NCBI GenBank assembly: GCA_012295275.1
Contig: CM022667.1
Coordinates: 15,314,001 to 15,378,000, forward strand
Length of the DNA: 64,000 nt
Direction: 5' to 3'
Origin: Chrysomallon squamiferum
Taxonomy: Eukaryota; Animalia; Mollusca
Shown: positions 1-13,269 of the stretch, one piece after another
How the letters are laid out: every line of letters starts with the position of its first letter
Position numbering within the stretch: position 1 is the stretch's first letter
Position numbers and translations under genes: made by a program
The notes under the pieces: generated by a model
Seen by the model: the letters and a program-made list of their open reading frames with translations, nothing else
What the model was told of the DNA's origin: nothing
Databases searched by the model: none

Positions 1-141
1 TTCTATTTCATCGGATTATCAGCTGAAGTCAACCATCATAACGACCAGTGGATTTTTAACATCGAGATTGTACACGTACAGGCGGAATATATAAAAGGTG
101 AACAACAAGGCGTAAAATGTAGATGGTTTGTTCAGATGTAA
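1..141 (+). pseudogene. 3' end of exon 3 of a family A (subtype A3) gene entering from the left edge; frameshifted near the C-terminus
   Basis: Frame from nt 2 reads SISSDYQLKSTIITTSGFLTSRLYTYRRNI* (TAA 92-94), matching the 49332 paralog. A net 4-nt loss (ACG TA CAG vs ACG AACTTT CAG) moves the ancestral tail QAEYIKGEQQGVKCRWFVQM* (to 141) out of frame. Confidence 0.75.
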
Positions 142-445
142 TAGAATGGAAGTGGCATGGAAAGTTTGGTAGCATCAAGATTTAAATGCGTTTCTATCTT
201 TTGGTCGTGCAAAAAGCAGTACTGACAGAAAATAATATTTCTTATGAGGTAACAAAAATTGATTAACTATTTATCAACTGCAGTAATACAAATATTAATA
301 TATCAGTCTTTTTTTTTTTTTTTTTAATAAACGTAATAATATAGCAAGTATAATAATATAGATAATAATATTCAAGTATTCTAATAAAAATAAAATACAT
401 GTGTATATCAAGGTTTCTATTAGTGATATTAATAAATCAAGTATT

Positions 446-485
<40 letters not shown>

Positions 486-489
486 TATA

Positions 490-521
<32 letters not shown>

Positions 522-762
522 ATTTTAGTACCGATAATACTAGGTTTGAACCGAAAAAGAAAGGTGTACAATTTCAAATACTATGCTACATAATTATAAC
601 GAAAAATCACTGTCGGTAGCCTACTTGGTAAACTGTAAGACGCGTCGATTTCCGTATGTGACGAGATGAGAATAAAAATTTCACGTTGCAGGCCACTTGA
701 TCAGGATGCTAATATTTCAGTAGGATAACAAATAAATAATGTTTATAAAATGCGGTTTGAAA

Positions 763-960
763 ATGTACGTTTATCACTAAAAGTCAGTGAGAACAAATCT
801 GGGATGCTTGATGCTGGGCACAGTGTCAGTGACGTAGCCTCGGAGCGGTCGTCTGAATATAACTTCGACTGCGCATGATCGGTATATCCGAAATACTCCT
901 CTCCAGGAGCCATGTTCTCGAATATGTCGGATTGTTAGCCGAAAGTGCCGTTTACTTGTC
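763..960 (+). mobile_element. Degraded Tc1/mariner transposase N-terminal (HTH region) remnant
   Basis: With frameshifts it reads M.RLSLKVSENKSGMLDAGHSVSDVA/PRSGRLNITSTAHDRYIRNTPLQEP. This resembles the Tc1 pattern MPRLS...GMLxAG.S..DVA...PRSGRP..T....DRYIR. It is GC-richer than its flanks. Confidence 0.65.
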
Positions 961-1242
961 GTTACGATGTCGTTCGAAGTTTGTCGTATTAAAAATGTCC
1001 ATAAAACCAAATCAGACATAAAATTATCTAAATGGTTGCATTATAATAACAGATTTTGAATCATCATATTATTCTGAATGAAAAGAGGCCGCTTGCAAAA
1101 CTGTAAACTGTTTATGTTATTTCCATAGAAAAATGTCAAACGTTTCAATGATAATTTCTTATATTAAAAACAGTCTATGCAAGTTAGAAAATGTCAGAGT
1201 TATATCACGTAAAAAAAAATTCTATAAGTTCCGTACTTTATT

Positions 1243-2380
1243 TCACAGCTGAACAAACTAGATAATCTACTGTGAAATAAGTCTGTATATTTGCCTGCGC
1301 TTTCCTTGTACGTGTAATAAAGTTTTCTAAAGTTAACTTCTGTTGTTATGATTCATTTACAAAAGATTCACCGTAGATCGGACGCAGCTTTCAGAACGAT
1401 CTCTCTTAGGTGTATGACTCTTCAACTCTGTATCTCTCTACTATATTTTACACACAAACGTTTGATCCATTCACGTTTGTCCACAAACCAGTCTATCTGC
1501 TGTCCTTCTTCTATGTCTTCTATTACAGTTCCAGTTTCAAAAATATATCTTCCAGTGAGGATGTGACCATTTGAAATTACCATTTTTATTTGCGCTGTTT
1601 CAGGTAAATTAAAAACATTGACGTCGAAAGGCTCTTTTGACATCTCATAATCAATCAATGACATTATGTCCATGAATATACACAGCATTCATAGTTAAAA
1701 ATCACATGCTAACATTATTCTCAGTCGATGACTACTAAGTAAAATAAATTATTTACAGAACTATGGATACCGTTACCAATTTTATCTACTATTAATATTT
1801 TAATCCATCAATCATCAGTGCATCAGTTAATCACTACACGTGTAAATGTTCTTATTCCGGACATTTCTTTGATAACGTTCATTACTATTTGCAGATGTCA
1901 AGTAAAAGGTGCTTTAAACGAGACGAATTCGACAGAGGATACCTGCAGCATTTGTGGTACTTCCTAGCTTTTAGAATATTTGAACATTTCCTGTTTTCAC
2001 TATTACCACTGAAGTTGGCCGGCAAGAGAAATCTTTGATGTAAAACTTTGCTTCCACATCTTACTTGATGGTATTTAACTGTGGTTGGCTAATGTCGATG
2101 TACAAAGCTGTTTGATATTGATCGTTGTTAATTATTCGGAAAATTCTCTTTGGAATACTGTCAAATATACTCCATGATGATTTACTGAGACGGTAATGAG
2201 ACTGAGTTCATGGTGTAATTTTAGAGAAAACGTAACGTTTGTCGAACGAATAAATGTTTTTACCTTGAATAATATATTTAATAGTTGGCTTGCAAGGTTT
2301 CGTTTTAGCAGTCAGAAAAGATTTTATGGATTCGGATGCTTCATTGTCGTAGAATAGTTTCGACTGGTCATAACATGAAT
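1243..2380 (-). pseudogene. Family A exon-3 pseudogene (closest to subtype A1)
   Basis: Acceptor ag|ATTCATGTTATGAC at 2380. Recognisable segments include LSKSSWSIFDSIPKRIFRIINN, AKFYIKDFS, FETGTVIEDIEEGQQIDWFVDKREWIK and a terminal FVQL*. It has many stops and deletions. Confidence 0.85.
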
Positions 2381-2574
2381 CTGTGAGTTACAATAATGAG
2401 AAGTTAAATAAAAAAATGAAGAATGAATTTGAATTGAGGCTGAACAATACGATAGAACAGTTATCAAAGTCACATTTTTAAATTCCTATCGAAAAGAAAC
2501 CGTGTAATTAAATTGTAGGAAACATTTTTAAAAATCATCTTTTGAGAAATATAAAATTAAGTGCTCTTATAAAT

Positions 2575-2846
2575 TTCTATAACTTTAGCCACTTCGATTG
2601 ATTGGATTTTAGTTCCACTAATAACAGCTTTGAACATCGCTTTGCACTGTTGGCTTACTACAGACTGAAACTATTCCAACGTTTCAAAGTTTCCAATTTC
2701 AGATGACATTGTGAATGGCAGATCATCATCGCTTCACATCGTTCATCCTCGACACAACGTCTACACACCACAAGTTGTAATGATGAAATTAAGATGAAGC
2801 ACGAAACCGAAATAAGAAAACAGATTTTGCGGATTTGTTCCATCAT
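2575..2846 (-). pseudogene. Chimeric family A3 relic: exon 1 fragment fused by deletion to the start of exon 3
   Basis: MMEQIRKICFLISVSCFILISS...RRCVEDERCEAMMICHSQCH matches exon 1 at 29979. It is joined directly to sequence matching 31800-31920. Confidence 0.8.
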
Positions 2847-3284
2847 CAGTCACAAAGATAAATTTTAATCCATGTTAGAAGGATCGATCTTATCTATCTG
2901 ATATAGAGATCATTTGAAATTTGTTGAATATGAGGTCGATTTTAAAGATTTGAATTTGATATCGATATTTAAAGATTCAGCTTGTTTTCTCTCTTCGGCA
3001 TTTGCGTATATTTGAGAAATATTGTTGTTAAGAAGAATTAAAAATAAGTGTACCTAGTTCCCGTCAAATTATTTGTGAATTTAGTTTTTGTCTTCTTCAG
3101 ATGAAAATTCCTAAAAGTTTTATCGCTTCTAGTTAGAAGAAAGTAAAATGCATATTTAATTAACCACTAATTGACTTTTGTAAAAATTAACATTATAATT
3201 AAAGTTATAACGTAACGGCGGACAAAGGAAGAATTGTTTTAATATACATTCATATATATATATGACGTAAATGCTCTACTGTTG

Positions 3285-3331
<47 letters not shown>

Positions 3332-3809
3332 TTATTCATCTTACTAAGACTTTGCTTAAGAAAATATATATAAATGACAGTTTGACTTCTAGTAACAAAG
3401 ACAAACGTAAGTTAAAAAGCAGTAATGTAGTTTTATAAAGTATGTATCAGCTGCTTTTAAGATTTTTCGAGATAATGTGTTTGTGTGTCTGTGTACTTTT
3501 GTGTGTGTGTGTTTGTGCATTTTGTTTGTGTGGTCGTCTATGTGTGTATATCTGTGTGCCTGCATGCGTATGTGTATATGCACTGTGTGTATTATTTGTA
3601 TATGTGTGTATACCTGCATCTACAAGAAAATAAAATACATATTTAATTAATCGCTAATTGAATCTTGTAAAAAAACAAAACAAAAAAACTAATTATATTA
3701 AAGGAAACGTTTTAAAAGGTAGTTTCATTTATTTTTTGAATAATTAAATAAGCTTAAAGCAAAATAAAATTTTCTTTGATTAATTCCCATTTGCCACAAG
3801 AAGCATAAA

Positions 3810-3954
3810 ATATTTTGTTTGATTTCTAAGACAAAACATTTCTTGTGATGTTCTTTTTTTATCATTTGGTATATTCTAGAAGTGGTAATGATGAAATTAA
3901 GATGAATCACGAAACCGAAATAAGAAAACTAACTTTGCAGGTGTGTTCCATCAT
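3810..3954 (-). pseudogene. Additional family A3 exon 1 (signal peptide) fragment
   Basis: ATG ATG GAA CAC ACC TGC AAA GTT AGT TTT CTT ATT TCG GTT TCG TGA is homologous to the 29979 start and has an in-frame stop. The upstream flank matches 29700-29970. Confidence 0.7.
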
Positions 3955-4259
3955 CAGTTGCAAAGATGAATTTTAATCGGTGTTACAAGGATCGATCTTA
4001 AAATATCTGATATACAGATCAGTTGACATTTTTTGAATTTGAGGTCGATTTTTTAGATTTTTGTTTGATATCGATATTGAAAGGTTGAGCTTGTTTTCTC
4101 TCTTCGGCACATGCGTATATTTGTTATTGTTAAGAAGAATTAAAAACACATGTACCTAGTTCATCTCTGATCCCGTCAAATTATTTGTCAATTAAGTTTT
4201 TGTCTTCTTCAGATGAAAACTCCGAAAACGTTTTATCGCTCCTAGTTAGAAGAATGTAA

Positions 4260-4580
4260 AATGCATATTTAATTAACAGCTAATTGACTTTTGTAAAAAT
4301 TAACATTATATAATAGGAAATGTTTTAAAAGGCATGTTCATTTATTTTTTAAGTAATTAAATAACCTTAAAGAAAAATAATGTCTTCTTTGATCAAATCC
4401 CATTTGTAACACGAAGCATAAAATTACCAAACAGCAAAAGTATTATCTAACACCATTAACTCAACGTCAAACAAGAAAACATTTTAGAAAAAAACCCATT
4501 AAGAAATAAAAAGAAATGCATTAATGCAATCATACGAGAAAACAAATTATCATAACGTGACGGCGGACAAAGGAAAATAC
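4260..4580 (-). repeat. Locally amplified ~300-bp block lying upstream of A3 exon 1
   Basis: The motif run gtccgccgtcacgttatgataa...gagttaatggtg...caaatggga...aaagtcaattagcggttaattaaatatgcatt also occurs at ~29370-29670(+), 44210-44540(+), 44630-44890(+) and 51340-51660(-). Partial copies are at 3140-3240, 3630-3810 and 50200-50310. Confidence 0.75.
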
Positions 4581-4584
4581 CTTC

Positions 4585-4637
4585 ATACATATATACATAT
4601 ATACAAAGATACACAAACATACATACATATATATATA

Positions 4638-4701
<64 letters not shown>

Positions 4702-4792
4702 CATACATACATACATACATACACACATACATATATATATATATATACACATACATACATACATACATACACACATACATACATACATATAT
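4585..4792. repeat. Compound (ATAC)n/(AT)n microsatellite
   Basis: Directly visible; it is the source of the spurious MYVC/YIHT ORFs. Confidence 0.95.
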
Positions 4793-5102
4793 ACTAGTTT
4801 TTGTTCCTCATTGTGCTCCTCTGAGGTGCGGACGAATGGGTTCTATACTTTAGAGCCTCATCAGCGGCCTGTGTCGTTGACGAGGTCGTGATTGTCTATG
4901 TGTGTTGTCTGTTTAGAGGCACAAAAGAGTTTTATGGTAAAACAGCAGAATATTCATTCCTGACTACATATTCACAGAGATGTCACAGTGTTAAAGCAAT
5001 CAATGAAAAATTAACAACTAATACTAAGAAGAACAGTGTTTAAATAACATTTATTTCAATCATATTCGACATTATAAAGCAAAAGAAACAGTTGCCACTT
5101 AC

Positions 5103-5139
<37 letters not shown>

Positions 5140-5269
5140 ATGTTTGTTTGTTGTTGTTTGTTTATTTGATTGTTTGTTGTTTATGTTTTGTTTGCTGGAG
5201 AATTTTAGTGCAAAACACAAATTAGAAAGTTAGATATATCTATTTGTAGTTTTTAAAATGTCATCAACA

Positions 5270-5309
<40 letters not shown>

Positions 5310-7744
5310 GTTGTTGTTGTTGTTGTTGTTGTTATCATCATTATCATACACTTTTATATTTTTGGAACGTTCTGGAATTTTATAAATTTTTTAAATTGGA
5401 TATTTAATAAAGCATGTTCAAATAGGAAAGTAGGGTGCAGAAAACAAACAGCTAAAACGAGGGGGGAAAACATCTAGGTAGTCAAAGATAATACTAAATA
5501 TTTCATAAAAAGTATATATATATATATATACATCACCCCCCACACAGACACACACTGTGTTTGATGTTGCTCCTTTACCAGACTTTTACATCAGCTGATT
5601 TCTATTGTCTCTGTTTTTGTTATTTTCAAAAGCACAAAATACAGAACAAGTTTATTTTTGAAAATATCTGTATTTTATTTGTGTTATATCTACAGTTAGT
5701 TTCTTATAGAAAGTAAGTCCTATGCTAACAGTGTCACGAAAGAGGCAGGTACCGTTTAATCAGCTTAGATTTGTATACAGCAAAATTAGTCATTATATAA
5801 TAACAGAAGTAATAAAAGTAGTTTATCGTAGATATAATCAAAGTATTTAAATGTGATTATAAGAAATGCCAAAATATATGTTATATCTAGCTGTGTATTT
5901 GGTTTGTTTTTGCATTTGAAATATTTACTATACTTAAAAACAATACTATTTAAAGAAAGCGTTTTCTTTTGTTAGACAGAATTAAATAGAAACTAAGAAA
6001 AGCGTACCCGTGCAGTCTAATCTTGTTTAAGCTGCCACTTCTCTTGTGAAATCGTATCTTGAACCGAACTGAAATTTTCCTGTTTGTCGTATCTTGTACC
6101 AGACTCTCATTTTAATAATAAAATCGTATTCTGTGTCGCACTGGCGTATTGTTAGTGTGCTCGTATTTTCTCATCGTCTTTTATTCATAATGCTGTCTTG
6201 TACAAGAGAGCAAATTTACTCGTGAAATCTTTTCTTGTTTAGTAATCTTCAAAGCTAACAAAAATATCATTTTATAATTAGAATGTTGGCCGAGCACTGC
6301 AGTCATAAGTGAAGAGGTTGTTTAAAGAAATAAATAAACTAATAGGGCATATGTCACAATCAAAAACAAATGGCAGCTAGTTGCAAACATTTATTACGAC
6401 AATAATAGGTAATAATAGTAACATTAGATGTTGTAGTAGTAGCAGCAGAAGCAGTAGCAACATAGACGTATTAGTTTTGTCAGAATTGGTAGTAGTAGTG
6501 ACAGTGGTGACGATGGTAGTAGATTTAGACATGTAAGACTTATTTATTAAAATAATTGTTCTTGACAAACTTTTCGGACACCAAGTAAGCATTAAACATT
6601 AAGTTATTAGCAGAAATATACGCAATATAAACACTGCTTAAAATGCTATCAGTATCACAATCTAACAATGACATAAGATTAATGATATCACATACACAAA
6701 CTGAATTCTACACATTTCAAATATTTAAATAGTAACACAAAAAAATGTGGGTACATCAATAAAATCGTACTTTACCCGAGTTCACAATGTTCGTTCTAGC
6801 TCTTGTATCTATCTGACGTGCTCAACTTTGAAAAATAGTTTTGTATTTTATCGAGGTTTTTTTTTTACAGTTTCTGGAATAATTTATTTTTAGTTTGTTG
6901 GTATTATATTTCTCCGTTTACTTTGATTTTCATATTTCCAATTAGCTATTCCGCATGTATTTTTAATTTTCCGACAAAATAAATAAACGGTGAATCTGTG
7001 CCTCTTCAAAACAAGTCTAGATTGTAGAATAGAAATGTACCATTATTTCTGTGTAACTGTGTCAAAACCTTCCACGTTGTGATTTTCAGATGTGGATCGT
7101 AACTAACCATTATCGCTAGAACTGGGTTAAATGATCGACTACTTCCATTTCATTAGATATTTATGTTTATTCTACTTTTTGATTAAATATCTAAAATTAT
7201 AGCTATACGAAATTGATTTAATTTCCTATATCTTAGCTAAGATAAAAGTTTAATTTCATGAATCTAACATACTATTCTGAAAACTTTGTAATACTATTTT
7301 GCTCTTTAACGGCTATACGAGAAACTGTCAAACTTCTAATACAGTATTTGTTTGAATAAATCTTTAAAAAATCATTATTACAAGAAAATAAAATTGCCAT
7401 TACGATGATTTTTTTAAGTCATCATCATCAATATGATGTCATTTTAGTGCTTTTATGTCGTGCATTTCCAAATAATTTAGAAATAATTTCAATTTCAAGA
7501 AGTTTATATTTTTTATCACATACCTACAAAACGAAATGTGTCTTTCTTCATTTAAATTCAGGTCACTCAAATTATTATTATTATTATTATTGTTGTTGTT
7601 GTTGTTATTATTATTATTATTATCATTATTATTATTATCATTATTATTATTATTATTATTACTATTATTATTATTATATTTTAAACAAAGAAAATATCAA
7701 CCTTTGAAACGAATTCTTGTTTTTCATTTCAGTTTGTAATTTTA

Positions 7745-9489
7745 TCACATCTGAACAAACCAAGTAAATTTGTCGTAAACCACGTTTTCAGGTTTGTCTC
7801 CACTTTTCTTGTACGTGTAATAAAACTTTTGAAAGTCTCCTTCTGTTGTTATGATTCCAGACCACAGCTGGTAAGATGTTTCATTCAGAAAAGATCTGCC
7901 ATAGTTTTCATCAAACTGAATATTGACGTGGTATATCAATTCAGCAGCTACGTCGACGTTGTCAGACACAGCCAGATGATCAACGTCGACAATTTCAAAC
8001 TCTCCGTTAGGATACTCGACGACAACTCGGACTGAAACACCTTTCAGAACCATCTCTCTCAGTTTTGTGACTGATCCACTCTGTATTTCTCCACCATATT
8101 TTACACACAGAACCCTGATCCATTCACGTGTGTCGATAAACCAGTCTATTTGTTGTTTTTCTTGTACATCTTCTATTACAGTTGCCGTTTCGAATGTGTA
8201 TCTTCGAGTTAAAACTTGACCGTTAGAAAATACCAGCTTCCTCTGCGCAATACCAGATCGTGCAAAAGGTTCTACTGCAACTGGTTCAATTATTTCTTCT
8301 AAAGAGGCAGATACGTACTTACCATAAATACGTACAGACTTCGTGCTTATAGACAAACCCGCGATGGAAACCCTTAGTCGATGACCACTAAGTAAGGCGC
8401 GAACTAAATTATCTACAGATCCATGAACGTGTTGACCAGTTTGATTAACAGTGAATATTTTAACCCAACAATCGTCAGTGCACCAGGAATAAGAATAGGG
8501 GTACGTGTTGGCTTTCCTGTAAGTTCCAGCAATAAGATTCCAACGAAGAATGTACATCATGCCAGTGTTTGTATTTCTGCGCAGGAACCAGTACTGTGGT
8601 GATATAAATGAACCATAGAGACCTTCAAAGCTTTGTCCAGTTTCACTGAGAACGTCTGCTGATATTTTTCCTGATTGTTTTTCCACAAATACAGTTTCAG
8701 AAGACGTTAAAGACGAACCTTCTTCAATCTTGGAAACCAACAAATTGTAATCACCAGAAATAACCAGGAATATCTTTGTCTCCTGCGAAAACTTTTAATT
8801 TAACATTGCATGATTTGTTCACCTCTGTTTTCAAACTGTTCAGTGTTGCGATGTTCTCTGTATCGTGAACCATTCGCCAGTAGGAGTAACAGGAATCTGG
8901 AATTTAAAATTAATAACTGAAATTCAAAGAAATGACAGTGACAACGATAATAACGCAGAGGTGATGATGATTGTTAGGAACAACGTCAACGTCGGTAGCT
9001 ACGAGAATATTAATAAGGAGAATGAAACCAACAGGAAAAGCTATGGCGATCACGACAAACATTTCAAGAACAATAAAATAATAATAATAATAATAACAAC
9101 AACAACAACAACAACAACAATAATAATAATAATATAAAGAAGAAGAAGAAGGAAAAGAAGAAGAAGGAGAAGAAAAGAAAGAAGAAGGAGAAAAAGAAGA
9201 AGAAGAAGAAAGAGAAAAAAAAGAAAATTAGAAGAAGAAGAAAAATATAATACAAATAACAACACAGAGAAGTTATATTCATTTACTGAAAGTTATTAAA
9301 TAAAAAGAAATACGAAAGATCTTTGTGAAAGTTTATATGAGTGATTTTTGTATGATAACTATTCACTAACCTTCTACTGTATTTTCGGGCCTCCATAACC
9401 ACGAAAACAGACACAGTAACCATTTTCATCTGGAAAATCTTTGTTCTTGCATCGATTCTAAAATAGAAAGGATATTAACTGTGGTTGTT

Positions 9490-9552
<63 letters not shown>

Positions 9553-9639
9553 TTAAATAATAATAATTATAATAATAAAGACAATAATAATATATATCAT
9601 TAGAAATGAATATTAAATAATAAGACACTCGATTTAATG

Positions 9640-9724
<85 letters not shown>

Positions 9725-10321
9725 TGTTTATGAAGTATTATTGAAAAAATGTAATTACACTATTACTACATATCGTCTCACCTTTGAAACATTTGTAATA
9801 CGTACTATATTAGACATTTTGTAGAGTTTACTATCTGCATTAGCACTGGATTATAATTTATGTTACAGTATGATTTATGATAAATTCAAAAGTTTGAAAT
9901 ATTAGCTAATATTATACTAACAGAATAAAATTATCTAATATACCAAACTAATACTTTTCATAATTTCACAAGAATGTTTGTTCTAAACTTATATTCAAAC
10001 ACGTATAATACTTACTATGGTAAAAACTTCGCAGACTGTGTTATCTGCACTGACATCAGTCAAACTGGCCATGTTGAATACTCCAAATAGATGACAGAAA
10101 CCTGGACACACGATCATTCCGTTACACCTTTGATCACTGCCACATGACAAAGCACATTGCATCTTAGATTTGATTGAACTATTGAAAACATTTCGTACAA
10201 TTCTACTAAACTCTTTTTGTGTAAGAATTTCTTTGTTTAGTTCGACTCTACCACAGCTTAGCTGTGCTGTCGTCATTGTGAACAGGAGGAAAATGTTGAT
10301 AGTAATTATAGCAATCATCAT
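7745..10321 (-). pseudogene. Family A2 pseudogene; exons 10321-10016, 9457-9371, 8896-7745
   Basis: Near-identical to the 38107 gene. Exon 2 lacks 7 nt (87 vs 94 nt), giving GGPKIQ* and losing the last EGF Cys. Exon 3 lacks 260 nt near 8765 (1152 vs 1412 nt). Confidence 0.88.
9647..9720. repeat. (AG)n microsatellite in intron 1
   Basis: Directly visible; mirrored by (CT)n at ~38709-38806. Confidence 0.95.
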
Positions 10322-12098
10322 TTCCAGAAAACGAATCGTAGAAATGAATAATTTTAAATATAAAGTAAATATATGGATAACAAACAAACAAACATATAAA
10401 TAAAGGAGTGGATACTGAAAAAAAAATAAAGAAAGATACAAACAAATCCTTTCCACTACACAAAATAAAACAGAAATCTACTGCCCTTAGTTAAGTAAAT
10501 ATTTTAAATGTTGTCGAAGATATGTTTCTGAAAATTAATAATAAACAATTTAGTTTGTTTTCAAAGATGCTTTCCTTTGTTTTTCTTCCACTGCTGAGAG
10601 ATAACAAACAAAAAAAAAAACATTAAAAAGTCTCACTAATATATTTTCCTTTTGCAATCAAAACAAAACTGGATAGTCCTTTGTTTTTAGATAGAGTTCA
10701 GAAAGGTGCTCGCGTACATACATGAATTGTTTTGTTGCAGATATATTTCCCGTATGATTTCATAATGAAGTCTTGAAGAATACAAAGAGAAATAAAATGA
10801 TATCATACATTAGATCCTTATTGCAGCGTTTTAAAGTAAAAGTATGTAAGTTTGTTTACTATAATGATATTCGATCAATTCCTTAATATCCGCCTCTGAA
10901 AGCACTAACAGAAATTCGTTTTGAAGCGACAAATTTTGTAATAGTTCTGAAAGTTTCTGTATCGGTAACAGAACAAAAATAAAAATAAAAACAAACAAAA
11001 ACAAATAAATAAATAAAACAGCCACTTGGTGACAGATCGAAGGAAACGCAATATGCTGCTTCAGAAAACAACTATTAAAACTAATCATTCAAGCGTAATC
11101 TCTTACTGTTTAAATTGCTTTGTTTTTTGCCTGCTTCATTATATAATAATATATCATTAGTGTCATTTATTTCTAACTTTCTGTCTGCAAATCTCATTCT
11201 CTGTTCCGATTAGCAAAAAATGTATAATAAAATATCCTTCTCATTTTTAAAATCTAAATGCTTATTCTCTGTTCCGAATAAATAAAATATCAAGTCAATA
11301 AATGATAGAAGAAATGTATGAACGTACGTTTTACCATTCGTTCATTCAGTTCGTTTTATAGTAATGTTTCGAAAGAATAGGAATACACACAAAAACAAAG
11401 AACGGAAGAAGCTGCAAAGACAACTAATACCGCTGAGAGTTGCAACAGATCCAAAACACTCTCCCAGGAAGCTCAGTCTATTGTGTTTTATAGCCAGTTC
11501 GAAATCACTTCAATTAGTCTTAAAGTCATTCTTATATATGTATGTATGTGTGTGTTATACCAGCCAGAGAAACACAATTAAATTACCTTATTTTTTAAAT
11601 TAACGCATAAGTGATCTTTGTCTATCTTATTTCAGAAATATAAAGCACAAGTTTCTTCGGTTGTGCTTGAAAAAACCAGAAAAACACGATTAAATTTTTT
11701 GATTGTTTGAAACGATTTTATTTGGTTTGTTTATTAATGCATAAGCGATCTTTGTACATCTTTTGTAATATGTAAATTTTTACGAGCAATTCGGAACACG
11801 CTGTTTAAAGTATTCTTGTTTTGGAATGTCGATTAGCATCATATATCCTTCATTAAGTCGAGAAATATAGTTCGATACAATTAGTTTCTTAGTCCGTCGC
11901 ATTATGATATAGATAGATAGATAGATAGATTAATTGATAGATAGATACAGACCGACAGATATAAAGATAGATAAATAGAGAGATGAAAAGATAAATATAC
12001 TTAGAGATAGAAAGAAAGAGGTAGGCGAGAAAAGGTTTTGCAGAATAATATAAAGAATATAATAAAAATATAGAAAAGTAAATTAGATTAAAACAATT

Positions 12099-12236
12099 TT
12101 TATTAAGATGAAATTAAAAGTCTAAACAAAGCAAAATCTATCTTGTTGTACACTCTGTTGTATCTGTGTCATCAATATAATATTGTATTGTAAGATGTAA
12201 CCACAGTTTTGTATTTAAATCTTCACTGATCCGTCC
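12099..12236 (-). pseudogene. Orphan copy of the family G terminal 3'-UTR exon
   Basis: Reverse complement reads ttag|GGACGGATCAGTGAAGATTT...GCTTTGTTTAGACTTTT...AATAAA, matching G1 exon 4 (26932-27090). No G coding exons lie upstream. Confidence 0.7.
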
Positions 12237-12429
12237 CTAAATTAAAATAAATAAATAAACACATGCATACATAAATAAATGAAGAATATGTTGATAATGA
12301 ACAAACATATATAAAATAAAAGGACAACAATAACAACATTATCATAATAAATACTGTATGCATGAACGTTTTCTCTCCGTTTGTCTGTCTGAATTTAGGA
12401 TGTACAGGTTACAGTTAATATGTCAAGCT

Positions 12430-12580
12430 AGATGTTTGGCCTAATGCCTGAAATATTTAGGCATTTAGGCATTTAGGCTAACGCCCAAGACCGTCAGGCG
12501 TTTGACCCAATGACGAAAACTTCCAGGCATTTGGCCAAACGACTGAAATAGAAGTCTGGTCATTAGGCAAAGTGACTGAA
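12430..12580. mobile_element. Possible non-autonomous DNA-transposon fragment with short semi-palindromic internal repeats
   Basis: Related motifs tgtttggcctaatgcc, (atttaggc)x3, ggcgtttgacccaatgac, ggcatttggccaaacgac and ggtcattaggcaaagtgac. The mirror copy is at ~35877-36027. No clear TIR or TSD. Confidence 0.35.
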
Positions 12581-12649
12581 TGAAAACGAATAGCTTGGAG
12601 TTGAACGAAAACATTTCGAAACACATCAAGTAGTGTTCTGTTTATTACT

Positions 12650-13090
12650 GCAGTTGAAAATTGAGTGACGTTGAACTGCACTAAAAAGTGTTCTTGAAAC
12701 ATTTACAACGTTTTGTTTGAGGCCTATTTGTCTGCCACGTTACACCTTCTTCTTCTGCGGTCAACACAACTCAAGAAATGCGCATGGAACATGTTCCAGA
12801 AAGAACCTAGCAGAATATTCTTACTAACTGGAAACTGCAAATACCAAAACTCCCCTGGACCAGTAATAACATCGTGCAGTAGAAAAATGCAAGCTCTCCG
12901 GTACGTCAAAGATGTTTGTAACGGAATATCTATCTTTGAGAATGACAACTCTGAGAATGTCGTTGAAGGGGATTTCAATTCGAAGATCTATATTGGAAAA
13001 CGAAACTTTAATACAAGACACAGAAAAATAAGACTAGTTTGTGGACACACGTGAATGGATCAAAATTATCTGTGCAAAAGATGGTGGAGT
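12650..13090 (+). pseudogene. Highly diverged family A exon-3 relic (a further subtype)
   Basis: LKKCAWNMFQKEPSRIF...MQALRYVKDVCNGISIFENDNSENVVEGDFN aligns with LEKSSWNKFATNPKRLF...IKAKWYAKDFSNGTPKLENDKDGKVISGDYN. It then jumps to D*FVDTREWIKIICAKDGG. Confidence 0.75.
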
Positions 13091-13269
13091 GATTATTTAA
13101 AAATAATATTTTATAAAATATAAATACACTCTTATACTTATTATGAGTTTTATGACGTGAAAAATAGTATGTTTATTTACATCCATCAATGAACTTGATC
13201 TGCAAGCAGTTTTATTTTACGGAAAGCCATTACGTGACTTATATTTGTTGTAATGTAAAAACAATGAAC

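Noticed and set aside
4456-4853. Many short low-complexity ORFs (MYVC, RERE, SLSL, poly-Y/L/I, CVCV) across the window
   Set aside because: They are translations of microsatellites.
7745-9457. The 7-nt and 260-nt deletions in the 10321 gene sum to 267 nt, a multiple of 3, suggesting frame rescue
   Set aside because: The shifted frame hits TAG inside exon 2 (GGC CCG AAA ATA CAG TAG). Skipping exon 2 also reaches a TGA early in exon 3.
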